Made by a program: the position numbers and the translations under genes
In this document: positions 1 through 13,131 of the stretch, piece by piece
Position numbering within the stretch: position 1 is the stretch's first letter
Layout of the letters: each line of letters opens with the position of its first letter
The notes under the pieces: generated by a model
Seen by the model: the letters and a program-made list of their open reading frames with translations, nothing else
What the model was told of the DNA's origin: nothing
Database searches by the model: none
DNA from: Cyanidioschyzon merolae
Taxonomy: Eukaryota
Length of the DNA stretch: 64,000 bases
Assembly: GCA_000091205.1 (NCBI GenBank)
Contig: AP006488.2
Direction: 5' to 3' (one strand)

Positions 1-832
1 GGTCTAGAGCAAAGAATCGCGGTACACTGGCACCGCCGGTAGGTACGTGCGCCAGCGCGCCTTCTTTTCGTTCCATAATCCAGCGTTCCAGGGTTTCGAA
101 TCGGAAACGCGCTGCGAAGAACGTGCTTCTCTAGCGCGAATCTGCGGCAACCGCCTCGGAAAGCATCGGCGCTCGTACCGTTTTCTTGTCAGCGCCGAAG
201 ACACATGTGACGAGTGCTCCAGTTTTTGCCTGCTCTGAACTCAGTACACCTGTCCGGAAACTTTCCAAAACGGCTGCGTGACTGCTGTCGTCGTTCAGAG
301 AAGCGACCACCAAGCCGGTCCACGCGCTTCTGCGTCGTATCGAGTCCAAAGCAGACGTCGGGCTGGGATATGGCTAGCTCAAACCAGCAACACTCCTGGT
401 GCCAGAAGCACGGTAAGTACTCGCTCCAGTGGACAGCCACGAATGCGAACGGTGTTCGTCGAGCGCCCGATCTCCATGTGCAGATGCGACCACAGGCCTG
501 CAGCACGTGCGACCAGCCAAGCGCTGAGTCCTCATATGTCGCTATTTGACGCATGCACCCATTTATACCGTTTTGAACATGATTGTCCACCCTTCACAAT
601 CGAAACACGACAACCGGCGCTCGCTGCCGATGACGCTTCGATGGCGCCCGGCTGGCACCGCGGCTGGTACGCGCCTACCGGTACCAGCATCGTCTACCGT
701 TATAGCTGCGCTTGCCGTTCTGTGTGGTGGCTTTCCACTGAGCAGCCAAAGCGGTGGTAGGGCACTAGCCACCTGGCTGCTAACGTGCGTCGTTCGAAGC
801 GACGCGAAGCGCTTGGTCTTCAATTTGCTTCT

Positions 833-1822
833 ATGAAACGGGTTCAGGCTCTCGTCGAGCTTGGTGCACGGCTTGCAGAACTCTCAGGGACGCTGGAGCA
901 GACCCTAAGCGATGTCGAGTCACGCTATGGCAAGCTGCGCACGCTCTCTGACCTCTATAGTTCGGGCTTCCTCCTCTACGGCTTTGCACTGTGGTGGTCG
1001 ATCTTCCTTGCGAGCTTCCTAGTGTACTCGGTGGTGCCCGTATCGCGAACGTTTCGCACTTGCTTGTCGTTCAGTCAAAAGGTAGAGTGGATATCACGTG
1101 TTGTATCGAACGTGAACGCCGTCATCATGGTCGTCGTGTCTTCGGGACTGCTGCAACAAACGTTCTGGTCTTTGATCCAGGGGAAGGTGCTTGGGCGTGC
1201 CTTACCCCATGAGGCGTCTTTCTACATATCGCAGGCGCTGTTGTTATCTTATTTCTGCTATGATGCTGTGCTGATTCTCTTGTTCATGCGGTCTATCTCT
1301 TCACCATGCTCATCACTCGCGCATCACTTATTTTCCGCCTTATCGATCATGTTCTGTTTCTATATTGGGGAAAAACAACCACTAGCGCTCATCTGGGCCA
1401 CTGGAATCGCCCTCACAGAAGTATCGACACCACTTGTGAATGCTCGCTGGTTTCTCAGTTTCCGTTACCGCGAGCGCTGGCAGTACAAAGTCATTGGCCT
1501 CGGGATGTTGGTTGCTTTTGTTCTGGGCCGCGTAATTTACATTCCCGTCCTCGTCGCTGGTATCGTGCTCGCTGCACCGATGTACCTGAATCCGGGAGAA
1601 GCGCTGTGCGCTTTCTGGCTAGGGCTAGTTGGCAGTGCGAGCTCCGTAACAATTTGGATATTGAATGTATACTGGACGATGCTTATGCTGCGGGGAGCAC
1701 GGAAACTCTTCAAAAGCCAGGCGCGGAATTCGATGACAGACCAAGCAGCGATGTATTCGGCGATACGTGGGCGTCCGCCCGCTCTCGGGGACAACGAAAA
1801 TACGCATCTGAAAACTGTTTGA
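833..1822 (+). CDS. TLC (TRAM/LAG1/CLN8) domain multi-pass membrane protein. The ORF-track start at 785 is GTG; the first ATG is at 833.
   Basis: Hydrophobic multi-TM ORF with a conserved HH motif (HHLFSALSIMF) and overall TLC-domain-like pattern. Uninterrupted 329-345 codons. Confidence 0.5.
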   Translation: MKRVQALVELGARLAELSGTLEQTLSDVESRYGKLRTLSDLYSSGFLLYGFALWWSIFLASFLVYSVVPVSRTFRTCLSFSQKVEWISRVVSNVNAVIMVVVSSGLLQQTFWSLIQGKVLGRALPHEASFYISQALLLSYFCYDAVLILLFMRSISSPCSSLAHHLFSALSIMFCFYIGEKQPLALIWATGIALTEVSTPLVNARWFLSFRYRERWQYKVIGLGMLVAFVLGRVIYIPVLVAGIVLAAPMYLNPGEALCAFWLGLVGSASSVTIWILNVYWTMLMLRGARKLFKSQARNSMTDQAAMYSAIRGRPPALGDNENTHLKTV

Positions 1823-2509
1823 CACAGAACGAACGATACCGGGTAGTTCATGCTGCCGAGCCGCGGCATTAGCGGCACAGGATGCGCTGTTTCGCGAAAT
1901 GAAGCAAGTTTTTCCGTTCTCTACGACTTGCTTCCGCACCGTCCACAGCTCGCGACGGGTTTGCTGTGCGGCACGGTGCTTCTAAGCGGCAACCGGTTCG
2001 GGGCACAGGTCGAGTTCGCGCGTCAGCACTGAGTGTCGTCTCCGAGCAGGGTCGCGTGTTGCCTCCGCGTCCTGGTGCGTATCTTGACCGCATCGGATTC
2101 GACTTGCTCCAGATGACTGTAAAAATCGAACAGACGTAATCTTCATTGGAAAATAAGCGGTAATACAAGTCACCAGGGATCCATCTGCTGTCATTTCCTG
2201 CGGACCGTTGCTGAGCAATGCCCCCAGCGCCATGCAACGTACTCATTTTGCTGATCCACACACCATAACCAGACATCATCCCTTATGATGGTCGGATCAA
2301 TGAACCTGCTATTTCCGTGGAACGGCAACATGCGGTACGCGTGTTCTTCGGCGATACCTGGAGACGCGACACGCGTTCGCTGCTGGCAGCGTCGACATGC
2401 GGACCCAGCAAACGGGAACACTAGTGCTGAGCACTTTACGCTGATGCACGCTCCACATAGCTCGAAGCAAAACCCAGTACCTGCACGTCACCTGTAATTT
2501 TTCTTGTTT

Positions 2510-3292
2510 TTATAAAGTGGATTCTTCGACCATTTTCCGATGCTCGGGGATCGATGGTCCCGACGGTGCTCCTGATCCTGCATTCGCGTTCGATGTTGGT
2601 GTCGCTGTCGTCGCTCGAGAGACTGCCCGCGAGTCTGCCTTACGGAACTGACACAACACCGGATAAAGCCGCTGAAATGCTTCGTTGAGATCATCGCGTG
2701 ACTTGGCCCCAGTGATGACGACCTTGCCACTGACAAATATCAAAAGAGCTAATCTCGGTTCCAGCATGCGATAAACAAGTCCGGGGAACAGCTCGGGTTC
2801 ATAGTGGGCATAGTTGCTATGGGCGTGTGCGAGCGCCTCCAGTCGGATCGGGAAACGCACGTCCGCGCTCGCTACGAGGTTGTGCAGCTCAAAATCAGCA
2901 AGCTTGACATCTGCATACCCCAGCTTGCGAACGATCTTCGCATATTTGCGCGCTGCGAGACGAGCATCTTCCTCGGAACGTGCACCCGTGATAACCACCT
3001 TACCGCTACTGAAAATCAGCGCAGTGGTACGAGGGTCTCGTATTCGCATAATCACGGCCGCAAAGCGCTGCGGGTTGTACTCGGCGTTCCGCGCACGCAT
3101 CGCGATATGACGCAGGTCCAGAGGACACAACAGGTTCACAGATGCGACCACGTTCTGCAGCCGTACTTCAACGTCCGCTACTACTACTGGCCGCCGGAGT
3201 CGCTCCGGTGTCGTCGTTGAGACACTGTTTTCTACGGAGCTTTCGCCAGCTTTGCTCTCTTCCGGCCGTTCGGGTGTCGAAGAGTCCGTCAT
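2510..3292 (-). CDS. TBP: TATA-box-binding protein (TBP). The track start at 3382 is TTG; the first in-frame ATG is at 3292.
   Basis: Two direct TBP repeats with canonical blocks, e.g. [37 protein letters not shown] and [23 protein letters not shown]. The acidic/Ser-rich N-terminal tail is typical. Confidence 0.9.
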   Translation of the reverse strand: MTDSSTPERPEESKAGESSVENSVSTTTPERLRRPVVVADVEVRLQNVVASVNLLCPLDLRHIAMRARNAEYNPQRFAAVIMRIRDPRTTALIFSSGKVVITGARSEEDARLAARKYAKIVRKLGYADVKLADFELHNLVASADVRFPIRLEALAHAHSNYAHYEPELFPGLVYRMLEPRLALLIFVSGKVVITGAKSRDDLNEAFQRLYPVLCQFRKADSRAVSRATTATPTSNANAGSGAPSGPSIPEHRKMVEESTL

Positions 3293-6200
3293 GGCAGCCT
3301 CTTGTGACTCGACGCACGACTGAGGCACAGGAATCTGCAGGGCAAGCTGCGAAAAGCGTCGACGCGATGCAGTAGGTGCCAATAAGCGTTACACCGTCGC
3401 GGTCGAGATGGCGTGCGCGGTTTCGCCCGGTCGGCTAGCGCGCGCTCCGGAACACCTACCAGGCTCGATACTGCTGCAGCCGGTGCTGTTGTCCTCTACA
3501 GAACGTATCGCCGGTCACAGTCCCGGAGTTCCTGGAGCCTTCTGCGCGGTCCAGCGCTCACCGTGCGGGTTACCAGCACCGGGGCACCGCCACAGCCCCA
3601 GGGCGTGTCAGGTTTCGTCGGCGTTGCCAAGGCGCCGCCGCACAGCCGCATCCGCGGCACGGGGCGCAGTGCGTCGACCATTCTGTGGAGAGTTCAGCGC
3701 ACTGCATGCTGTAGTACCGGGAAAAAGACGCATTTTTGTTTCCGAGTGTTCTTCTAACAGGCATTGGATTGAAGGAATTTATTTGTTAAAAAGGAGTTTG
3801 GTGGGCGAATAGGGTGTATGTTCTCGCATCTGAATGAGGAAGGAGCGGAAATGGACGTACAACTTCGTCATACTACAGTCACCAGGTGGATGCGCCATGC
3901 TTCTCGAAGCCCATACTCAGAGCGTCGTGCACCCGACATGGAACGTTCCGAAAGCTATATACACGCTTATCTTTACGAAATCTATTCCAGTCCAAATGCT
4001 CGCACCGTAATGCCACCAAAGATGCAATTCCATGTAAACTTTCGGTAACGTTTCCTCGAGCGGAGATGAAGAGACGCGGATGGATCAAGAAACAGGCACG
4101 CCTCAACAGGAGACCGCACCATTTCGAACAATACACAACAGATTCTGTATAGAAATGCGAATACTTTTCGTGGAAGCGACGGGCGTTCATCTCGCATGAT
4201 GACAAATTCATCGATGACCAATGCGAGACTTGTATAGACGTTGCCGTAGAGGGGCAAGCCGCTGTTTGTGAAGAAGAGTCAAGCGAGCATTCCGACAACG
4301 TCAGTTCTCGCGACGATTCAATACTGTATTCGCCCATGAATCGCAACACAGAGAGCAGCGCTCAGCACCTGATCCTCCGATGAAACACGCCTCGAGTTCC
4401 ATCTTTTCGTGTCCTTCTCCTGGGCAATATCTCTCAGTCCATCACTGATGTAGGTCGGGGGGCGGGGGCGCGGTTTGTAGCTGCTCTTCGTGCTAGCACA
4501 CGCTCGCGGGTTCCATCCGCTTAAAGACGTCGTATAGGATTTCAAACGCCATTTTGATCTACCGGAAGAACAGACGAGTCGTACGTAACCGTGTTACAGA
4601 AGTTCTTCGACAAATCACTCTTTGTGTTCACCAGAACCGAATCCATGCATTGATTCTCCGCTCATTGGCAGCTGAGAAGGGAAAGGTGCGCTCCGGTCTG
4701 GGAGCGGGCATGCGATGGCTAAGGCGACGAAAAAGCACTTGAGAAACAGTGCGTACATTCAAAGAGAAGACGAGTTTCAGGCACGTCGAGCGATCAGTGC
4801 GTCTGAGTGCCAAGAAAGAAAACGTATACAGCGTATCATGAAAAAATCCATGCTACCTAGCCGAGTAAGCGAAAAGGCAAAGATGTCGAAGCCGAAAGAG
4901 ATGCAACCACACGTCAAAGCAGAGAAATAGCTTCCCTAAAAGATGACGAGTTCCGACGGGAACGGAGCACCTTCCGATCGGAAAGATCATTGTTGGACCG
5001 CTGTCAACGCCTCACCAATAAATCATATCCATTGGGAGAATCCTTGAAGGCGTCAGGCACACGACGCCATTAGAGATCGCGTAGCTTCTTACGCGCACAA
5101 GTCTGGCCTATTTCGTCTTGTCTTGGTGCACCGCGCCACGCGACGCTTCGGTGGAGTTCCAGACACGGGCGGCAAGCTCTCGGCATTTCTCTGGATTTTT
5201 TTCGGATCAGACCTTCGTGCGAGAACACAACTTATGCTCCGGATAGAAGGCGCAACACGGCCTGTTCATAGGATTCCGGATGTACTCGCACGCTTCCCAG
5301 AATACCTTGACACATTACCGCGCCACCTCGGCGATCTGAGGATCGACAACGCAGATGCCAGAAAGTACGGAACTACATTCAACATACCAAATTAGGTTCA
5401 GTGTCGAGCGCTTCACGAAACACCTCCCATGCGCATTGTATCCTCACGTCACATACGCGATAAAATACGGATGGATGGACGGGATGCTTAGCGGGTCGAT
5501 GGAGGAAAATGACGAGCGATTGGCGGCAAGAGATCGAGGTGGCAGCGAGTTCGGAACTGATGTGCCAGCGATAGGGAGTATCGCTTCAGGTAATCCAAGC
5601 TCGTCGTGTTGCCGTCAGCCTCGGGTCGGCGGATTTCGTACCGAAAAGGATCGTTGAGACGCAACGCCTACCTTGCTTGCATCTACGGTTCCATGTTTCG
5701 CTGAGCAGATCTTCCCAGAGCAGACCAGAGCAGATTCCATCAGACCGTCGCCTCGAATCCAAGCGCCGTAGCCTCCGAAATCGCCAAGTGGATGTGCTCC
5801 CAGCACCTCAGATGGAAGCCCAGTCGATCACCCGAGACGCTTCTGCTCTGTACTGTATCGCATCTTCAGTGAGCTACAGCTGGTCTGTCTGCGCGCAGCT
5901 ATTCCGCATTCCACTTTAGAGGCTAGGAGCATTGCAGAGCTCGTTCAAGGCTCCTCGTGTACGGAGAAGGAATGGAACGAATTCTACAGTGCCGATGAAG
6001 CTCGCTGGAATACAAATCCGCATGTACTTGTGAGATCGAGGCCCAAGTCAAGCGATGCGACTCGGTCTCAGCCAAAGAAGACATATCAAGAGAGAAACAT
6101 CATGGTGGGCCCGGATCCCCAGGTCTGAGAATATCATGACGGTTGTCGTACCTCTGAATCGAGAGAACGTATCGAGGGATATGCAGGGAATGCAAATGAA

Positions 6201-7993
6201 GCTACTCAGCTTTTCCCGGGCTCGATTTCACCCAGGAATGGGCATGATGAATGCGAGAAGGCACACGAAAACTGGAAAGACGGCGTCAGGGACCAGACCC
6301 CGGTGCTCTGAGCACACTGTCCTGCGGACGAGGATGCTTTGTGTGCTGCATTCAGAGAGAACACGAGCGTCCAAATGGCGTATGTCGACGATCTCTGGCA
6401 GAAATACCTGCGGACGCACGGGAATGGCCAACGATTTTCGGCGTACAGGGGCAAGACGCGAGTATTCAGCGACTTGTTTCATGAACAGGAAAAGAAATAC
6501 GACGGATCGTTCGTCTCGTTGGGTGACGGTACCCTATGGCGCAAGACGTGCTGTGGCGCTCGTGGGCTGCACGCCTGCTCCTCTGACGAGAACGTAGAAC
6601 GAGTGCAGGAAACGATTCTGTACGACGCCTGTCGATGAGTTACGGCCAAAAGAGAAACGTCACGAGCACGAGTGCCCGTTGAAACAGCCAGAAACGAAGC
6701 GCTTGAAACAGAGCACAATGGGCGAGATGGGGTACGGCAGGCTGCCCGAAGTTCGAATGGCAAGGCAATGGAAGGTCAGCGGCCTGCGTTCATGTGCGCA
6801 TACTGGCAACCATGCGAGCCAGCTCCTTCTGCAACGAGACTTCGCCTCGATCAACATCTGGATATGTCTGGTGCCTCGTGCAAGTTCAGTAGCTTTACGT
6901 CGAGCAAAGTTTCCTGGTACTCGTTTCGTACTCGGTGCGTGCATTACGCTGAAACGCAGAAGAATTCCGATGACGTAGAAATACGCAGTCAAAAGGGAGG
7001 GAATCTTATTGCAGCTCGGAGCAACGCACTGGTATACTGCGGTTCAGCAATTCAGCGCCGCTGCACTGTGTATCGATACCCGGAAAACCATTCGCATTGC
7101 CATTAGGTAGGCGGTACTGGATTCCCGTGATTCTCGATTCGTAAGTATAATCAATGTTATTTGACCGAGTTGTTCTGGGAAACGAGCGACAACAGCTGCG
7201 ATCATTGCACAGCAGCTGGCAACCTGGTGTCTGTCTCACACACGGTCCGAACGTTGAACGCCTGGACACGTGCCGGTGCGTCACGCTTGCATTTCAACAA
7301 GTTCGTGGCGAATAGGCGTTTCCATTTCAACATTGTGGCAGCGACGCTGACCCCTGAACCAGAGGACAACGATAAAATCAGGGCATTGCAAAAAGAAGCG
7401 CACGCGGAAACCTGTAGCCACCTCCATAGCAATCCCTGTCGTTCAACGATACGAACGCTGTGTCGAGGACTGCTGGGGGCGCTGCCAAACCACTGGATCT
7501 TCTATTGCGAAGTTCGCACACTCTTGACAAAGATAAACCTCACGGAGCCGTCTGCCGCGCACAGACGACATTTGGCGGAGCGAAAACGCGTCTACTGTGG
7601 GAGGCTCATCAGTGGCTTTGCGAAAGCAACTAGCTTCGCTTCCCTGCGATACGATGCTGGCACTGTGAAGAGGCAAACCGCTTGAAACGGTAGCACCCGG
7701 ACACACAGATCGGGCTTGTAGCTGCGGAACAGCAGCGACTCGTTCGCTCTTCGATGCTTTTGATGGATGCGGAATCACAACATCTGAGGAGGTACCGAGT
7801 TCGTTGAAGAGATTGAGAGAAAGAGAGAAAACGTAGGAGAGCGCAAGGGAGCGGCGCAGTAGCTCGCGCGCTCTGATTGCCGACCTCGCCCTGGGCACGA
7901 TTTATGATTCTTGGATACGAAAGCCGCGGTTTCCGTTGCCTCCAAGGCAACAAACAGTTCCCTGTAATACTATAGACCCATGTAATTCAACTG

Positions 7994-10285
7994 ATGCAGC
8001 CTCTTCCTGTTTATTTAAGTATCGACGTGGGCACTGGGAGCGCACGAGCTGCGCTCTTCGACGAACTGGGACGCTGTCTAGCTAGGGCAGATGCGCCGTT
8101 TCCCACTCATAACCCTAAACCAGACTATTTTGAACAGTCGACTGTTCACATCCTTAAAGCGGTTGCCAGCTCCACACGCCAGGTACTGGAAACACTGAGT
8201 CAAAACGCAACGACGAGCGTCAGCACCGCTGGTACCGTACTGACACGCTCTCTGCAGACGCTGGGCGCGTCGGAGAGAGCAGAGCTAGGGCCTGCGGTAC
8301 CCCAGCCAACAGGCCATGGAAACGAGCAGCGACCTGCCTGGCAACTGTGTGGCGTTGGTGTCGACGCAACCTGCTCTTTGGCGCTTGTCAGTGCTGAGCA
8401 AGCAGCATTCTTCAGGAACTGCTATAGCGACGAATGCGCTTCACCGGAGGGTCTGTGGTCATGTGTACCTGGCGGCGTCGCGCTGGACGTGGAACACAAT
8501 GACGACGATGGCGGAACGTTGCCCCAAGCCGTCTGGGATATTATCGTATGGATGGACCATCGTGCCGAAGCAGAGGCGGCTGAAATGAACGCTGACACTG
8601 CCGAATGCACCCAGGATGTGCTTCGCTTCTACGGGGGATCCCTGTCTCCGGAGAGCGAGCCCCCGAAGCTGCTCTGGTTGCTGCGTCATCGACCGGAGCT
8701 GTTCCTGCGATGCACTGCCGTCATGGACCTCTCTGACTTTATTGTATTTGCGCTAACTGGGAACTTGGAGGCACGCGGACTCTGTCCCCTGGCTGCAAAG
8801 TGGGCATATCGCACCGATGAAATGCGGTGGGATACGAGCTTCTATCAACGATGGGGACTCGGGGACCTGTTTACGCGCGGATGCTTCGGTCGAGAGATTC
8901 GTTTACCGGGGCAGCGAGTCCACGGCATCGGGGATTCGGTTGGACTTTCAAAGATTGCAGCGTTTCTGTTGTTTGGCTCCCCGACATCGGACGTGACATC
9001 CCGAGCCTCCAACTGCACGTTAACCGCAAGAGGTGAGCCCGTCGATGGAGGTGCTGCAGCGCAGCTCGTCTGGGACTATCGCGAAGTTGTCGTTGCTGCC
9101 GGCATGGTCGATGCACATGCGGGTGCCGTGGGAGCCTACAGTATGCGTATTCCAGCAACAGGAGAACGATCTGACTGGTGGATCCAGCCGACTGGGATGA
9201 AGGAGGCACCATCGGGCCTCAGTGCGGGAACAAGGCCGATGTCCGCTGCCTGTACTCCAACGGGTCACGCCTGTACAACTGCAAACACGCAAGCGATGCA
9301 CGTTCTAGATGAGCACGGCCTCAACATTACCCAGTGCGCAACGGGATCCATTGTAGACGACCGCTCAAACATATCAAATGAAACCGCACCGAGCCTCATG
9401 ACTATCGATCTGACAGGGGCACGCGTTACTTCAGTGGGTACAGCTGCTGCTGCTGCTGCCGCTGCTGCCATGGTGCCTTTCGACTGGTGTCAACGCATTG
9501 CCTTGATTGCTGGCACGTCAACGTGTCACATGGTCTGCTCGCGGGAACCTGTTTTCGTTCGTGGTGTATGGGGTCCGCACCGCACCGCGGTGCTCCCAGA
9601 CCTGTGGCTCAACGAGGGAGGCCAGAGCGTCACCGGTCGATTACTCGATTATCTGGTCGAGAGTCATGCGCATGCTCTCGGCTTCGGAAACACACCGCTC
9701 GCCGTGGTCCACGCTCGACTCTGTCAACTTGGCAAGCACCAGATGAAAAGAGCAGCGGGCATCCATGTGTATCCGGATTTCCATGGGAATCGTTCCTTGC
9801 TCGCGGATCCACGCATGAGTGGAGCGATTGTCGGGCTACGTCTGGACACCTTCGCCAACGAGGAGGCTTTTGCTGCGCTTTACCTGGCCACCGTGCAATC
9901 CCTGGGCTACGGAACGCGTCAAATCATTGAGCGTCTTAACGAGGCAGGTCACGACATTCGCGTGATCCTGCTCTGTGGTGGCATGCTGAAGAACGAGCTG
10001 TTTGTGCAATCACTTGCAGACACGTGTCAGCTGCCGGTAGTATTCGCAGAGCGCCCTTTCGACGTCATGCTCCTGGGTGGCGCTATCTGCGCGCGCTGTG
10101 CGCACCTGGAAGGCGATCTTTTGCAGGTAATAGAAGCCATGAACGGCGGGCCTGATCAGCTTTTTTATCGACTGGATCCGGATCCGAAATGGCGGATGTA
10201 TCACGAAGCGAAATATCGAATTTTTCAGCGAATGCAACAAGAGCAGATAGCGTATCGAGCAGCGATGATGAATGTTTGGACATGA
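7994..10285 (+). CDS. FGGY-family carbohydrate kinase (FGGY/ribulokinase-like) with low-complexity insertions
   Basis: ATG start. The N-terminus LSIDVGTGSARAALFD matches the FGGY N-terminal phosphate-1 motif. The C-terminal ILLCGGMLKNELFVQSLADTCQLPVVF ... MLLGGAICA matches the FGGY C-terminal domain. It contains a poly-Ala run from a GCT/GCC repeat at about 9436-9470. Confidence 0.7.
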   Translation: MQPLPVYLSIDVGTGSARAALFDELGRCLARADAPFPTHNPKPDYFEQSTVHILKAVASSTRQVLETLSQNATTSVSTAGTVLTRSLQTLGASERAELGPAVPQPTGHGNEQRPAWQLCGVGVDATCSLALVSAEQAAFFRNCYSDECASPEGLWSCVPGGVALDVEHNDDDGGTLPQAVWDIIVWMDHRAEAEAAEMNADTAECTQDVLRFYGGSLSPESEPPKLLWLLRHRPELFLRCTAVMDLSDFIVFALTGNLEARGLCPLAAKWAYRTDEMRWDTSFYQRWGLGDLFTRGCFGREIRLPGQRVHGIGDSVGLSKIAAFLLFGSPTSDVTSRASNCTLTARGEPVDGGAAAQLVWDYREVVVAAGMVDAHAGAVGAYSMRIPATGERSDWWIQPTGMKEAPSGLSAGTRPMSAACTPTGHACTTANTQAMHVLDEHGLNITQCATGSIVDDRSNISNETAPSLMTIDLTGARVTSVGTAAAAAAAAAMVPFDWCQRIALIAGTSTCHMVCSREPVFVRGVWGPHRTAVLPDLWLNEGGQSVTGRLLDYLVESHAHALGFGNTPLAVVHARLCQLGKHQMKRAAGIHVYPDFHGNRSLLADPRMSGAIVGLRLDTFANEEAFAALYLATVQSLGYGTRQIIERLNEAGHDIRVILLCGGMLKNELFVQSLADTCQLPVVFAERPFDVMLLGGAICARCAHLEGDLLQVIEAMNGGPDQLFYRLDPDPKWRMYHEAKYRIFQRMQQEQIAYRAAMMNVWT

Positions 10286-10435
10286 AACGAATGCTGGATG
10301 CGGTGCTAGATCTGGAAGCCGCAGTGTGCGTTGCGGTCGCGAAGCGCCCCATGGAGTGCTTCAAACCGCTGTGAACACCGAAATCAATCTGAAGAGCGAA
10401 GTAGATACCCGGGAGGGTCGAGTTCTGGAGACGTT

Positions 10436-10460
10436 GGGCTGGGCTGGGCTGGGCTGGGCC
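10436..10460. repeat. (GGGCT)5 microsatellite
   Basis: gggctgggctgggctgggctgggcc read directly. Confidence 0.9.
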
Positions 10461-12576
10461 TTGTCCGACCAGGGAACCGGCACACGAATCTTCGGGGTGC
10501 CCGTTTGAGCTGGGCAAAGACAAAGCACGGGGGTTTGCTGGAAACAGCTGCAGTGTGCCCCGATAATGAGACCATCAAACCTCCTATATACACCGATGTC
10601 AGATTGGTACGGAACAGGTCCAACGACGTGACTCGGGCGTAAACGCGAATATTTGGATCGCTTCCCACGATGATCAAAACTAGCCTTTGCGGTGTTTTTT
10701 TGGTGACTGTTGTCCTTTGAACCCTGATCTCGGACTTTAAATATGCTGGTCTGTCCTGGTCCTGCAGCTCCATTGTCCGCAGTCGGAGGATGGCGGTTGC
10801 TGTCAGCAGGTCCCTGTGTCGCAGCTCGGGCTGTTGTTGACGCACTGCATGCAATCCAGGAAGTTGTGCTCTACGCCTCGCTTGCCACTTTCATTTTTGT
10901 TTTCCATAGAGCGTCTGTGCGACCTTCGCAGCGGCGACGCTGGATTGCTGTCAGGGTTCGCCATAGATCGACCATACCTTCTTCTCCGAAACGTATCCTG
11001 TGGCGCGTAAAGGCTTGCTTCATCGATCAGTACATAGCCGTGACTGGTGCGGAATGCTCCGGTGGATTATAACTTTTGTTTCCGCGCTCGATGCCGTCCC
11101 GTACGACCACGGGCTTCCTCAGGGTAACACGCTCGGAGACGCCTTTGAATAAAGCACACACACGAGGACGCTGCTCCATTGGATAAAGCGTTTATGGTAT
11201 GCGATATGGTCGACGATCAAACAATACGGAAAGGACACACGAGCCTCGAGATCAAGTCGACGAATACCGATTTGTCGACGCTTCATTCGTGCTAAAGCGT
11301 GATGCATTCTGCAATGAAAGCGACCGCTGCAATGATTCAAATCCGAATACAAGACCCCCTTTCTATTCAATGAGAAACGTCGGGAGACATTTCGGTAGCG
11401 TATACCATGATATGCTCGCTGATGCTGTGGAACCTCGATCGTCGAAGTGCCACGAATAGAGGATGATTTGTCTTCTGGACGGTATCCATTACGATCCATT
11501 GGTCTCAAAAGTTCGGTGAAGTCTCGGCACGAGCTTGTGGGCAAGTCGCCCTGGGACGAAGTCGAGACGATCCCTTCGTCAGCTCAGCGACGCGAATCGC
11601 TGTGCATACGAGCTGCCTCGAAATAGTTAGATCTAGATCTTGAAGATTGCATAACCTGAGCATGCTGAACCCATGGACAGGAGAAGCGTGGAGGCTCGCG
11701 CTCCAGCATCGCATGAGGCTATCGGTTATTTTACGAAGCGGTGCTCGAGGTCGTCGCGTATGATCTTGATGCAGGCGACGCCACATATTCCAGCGGCAAG
11801 GCGCCGAAGAAACCGCTCCGATCAGATTGCAGAGCATCCTCCAGCAACTCATGAATTAGTAAGCGTTTTTTTACTGCACTTTGCATTTTGAGGCTGTGTA
11901 ACTGAAATAAAACTTCGAAATAATCGCAAAACAAGTGCAAGACGAGCAATGCAGGGCTCTGCTTGCATCTGAGTTGGGTCCAGCGCTGCATGCTCGGACA
12001 CGAGGCTTGCGCTGGGTACGCATCGGTAGACGGCGTCGCCTTTATTTGTGACCCAGGCAACACAGAGCTGCTGGGTCGCCATCAAGGGAACGCGAGATCG
12101 CCCTATGCGTAACATTGCTTCGGTTCTCTTGAAGTCTGCGGTGTCTCGAGTGGATGACTCTGGGTTTGAGCAGATGCGGCAGCGGCGCCTGCTGGCCGCC
12201 TCGATCCGTACCAGACGGATTCGTGGTAACCAGTGCGTCTCAGTGTACCTGGACCATTCGAATGACTTTTACGTGGTCGATACAGAATCATTAAATCTAT
12301 CCTTAGATAAAGGCACTTTATACGAACTGGATCGAGCACAACATCGCAGACTACAGCCAGTGCAAACGTCACGTTTGGTGCTGCGGCAACTCCCGGGAGC
12401 GAGCCCGTCAATGCGCATAGCTTCGGGGTCCTGAAGCTATTGGCGCATCACCCGCAAACCTTGTGCAACGATTTCCCGACTTGTCATCGAACAGAGGGAT
12501 TCACGATCGATCGGTGTCTCGGGATGTGTTCGCGCTCGCTGCATGCCCTCGCGTCCGTCGAGCGCACACCTAGGCG

Positions 12577-13131
12577 CTAGTGATGCTCGGATGCCACATG
12601 CTCCTCATACGCCTTCGCATCCATCAAATCCTGAAGCTCATCGGCATTGCTCACCCGTACTTTGATCATCCAGCCAGCATCATGCGGGTCTTTGTTCACC
12701 TGGGCGGGGTCCTCACTCAGCACCGCGTTGACTTCAACCACCTCGCCGCTCACAGGGGAATACACGTCGCTCGCAGCCTTGACAGACTCCACGGCCCCGA
12801 ACGTCGCTCCTTTCTCAAGCTGCGAGCCGATTGCTGGAAGATCCACGAAAACGATATCACCGAGCTGGCTTGCAGCGTGACTCGTGATGCCAACCGTCCC
12901 GGTGCCGTTCTCAACCTTGACCCATTCGTGGGACTTCATGTACTTCCGATCCGCTGGAAACGTCCCAGCTGCACTCGCCAACAATCGCCTACCTCGATCG
13001 TGTGCCGCCTGTGGAGCCATTTGCACGAGCTCTCCAGCGGGCCCCGCGACCCGACGGAACAGACTCGGCGTCCGTTGCCGCAATGCACTGGGCCAGCTCG
13101 CGGTCATACAACGCACAAGTACTCGGTTCAT
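12577..13131 (-). CDS. GCSH: Glycine cleavage system H protein (lipoyl carrier), probably mitochondrial
   Basis: ATG start. YMKSHEWVKVENGTGTVGITSHAASQLGDIVFVDLP ... ESVKAASDVYSPVSGEVVEVN is the canonical GcvH lipoyl-lysine region (ESVKA). The N-terminal extension looks presequence-like. Confidence 0.9.
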   Translation of the reverse strand: MNRVLVRCMTASWPSALRQRTPSLFRRVAGPAGELVQMAPQAAHDRGRRLLASAAGTFPADRKYMKSHEWVKVENGTGTVGITSHAASQLGDIVFVDLPAIGSQLEKGATFGAVESVKAASDVYSPVSGEVVEVNAVLSEDPAQVNKDPHDAGWMIKVRVSNADELQDLMDAKAYEEHVASEHH

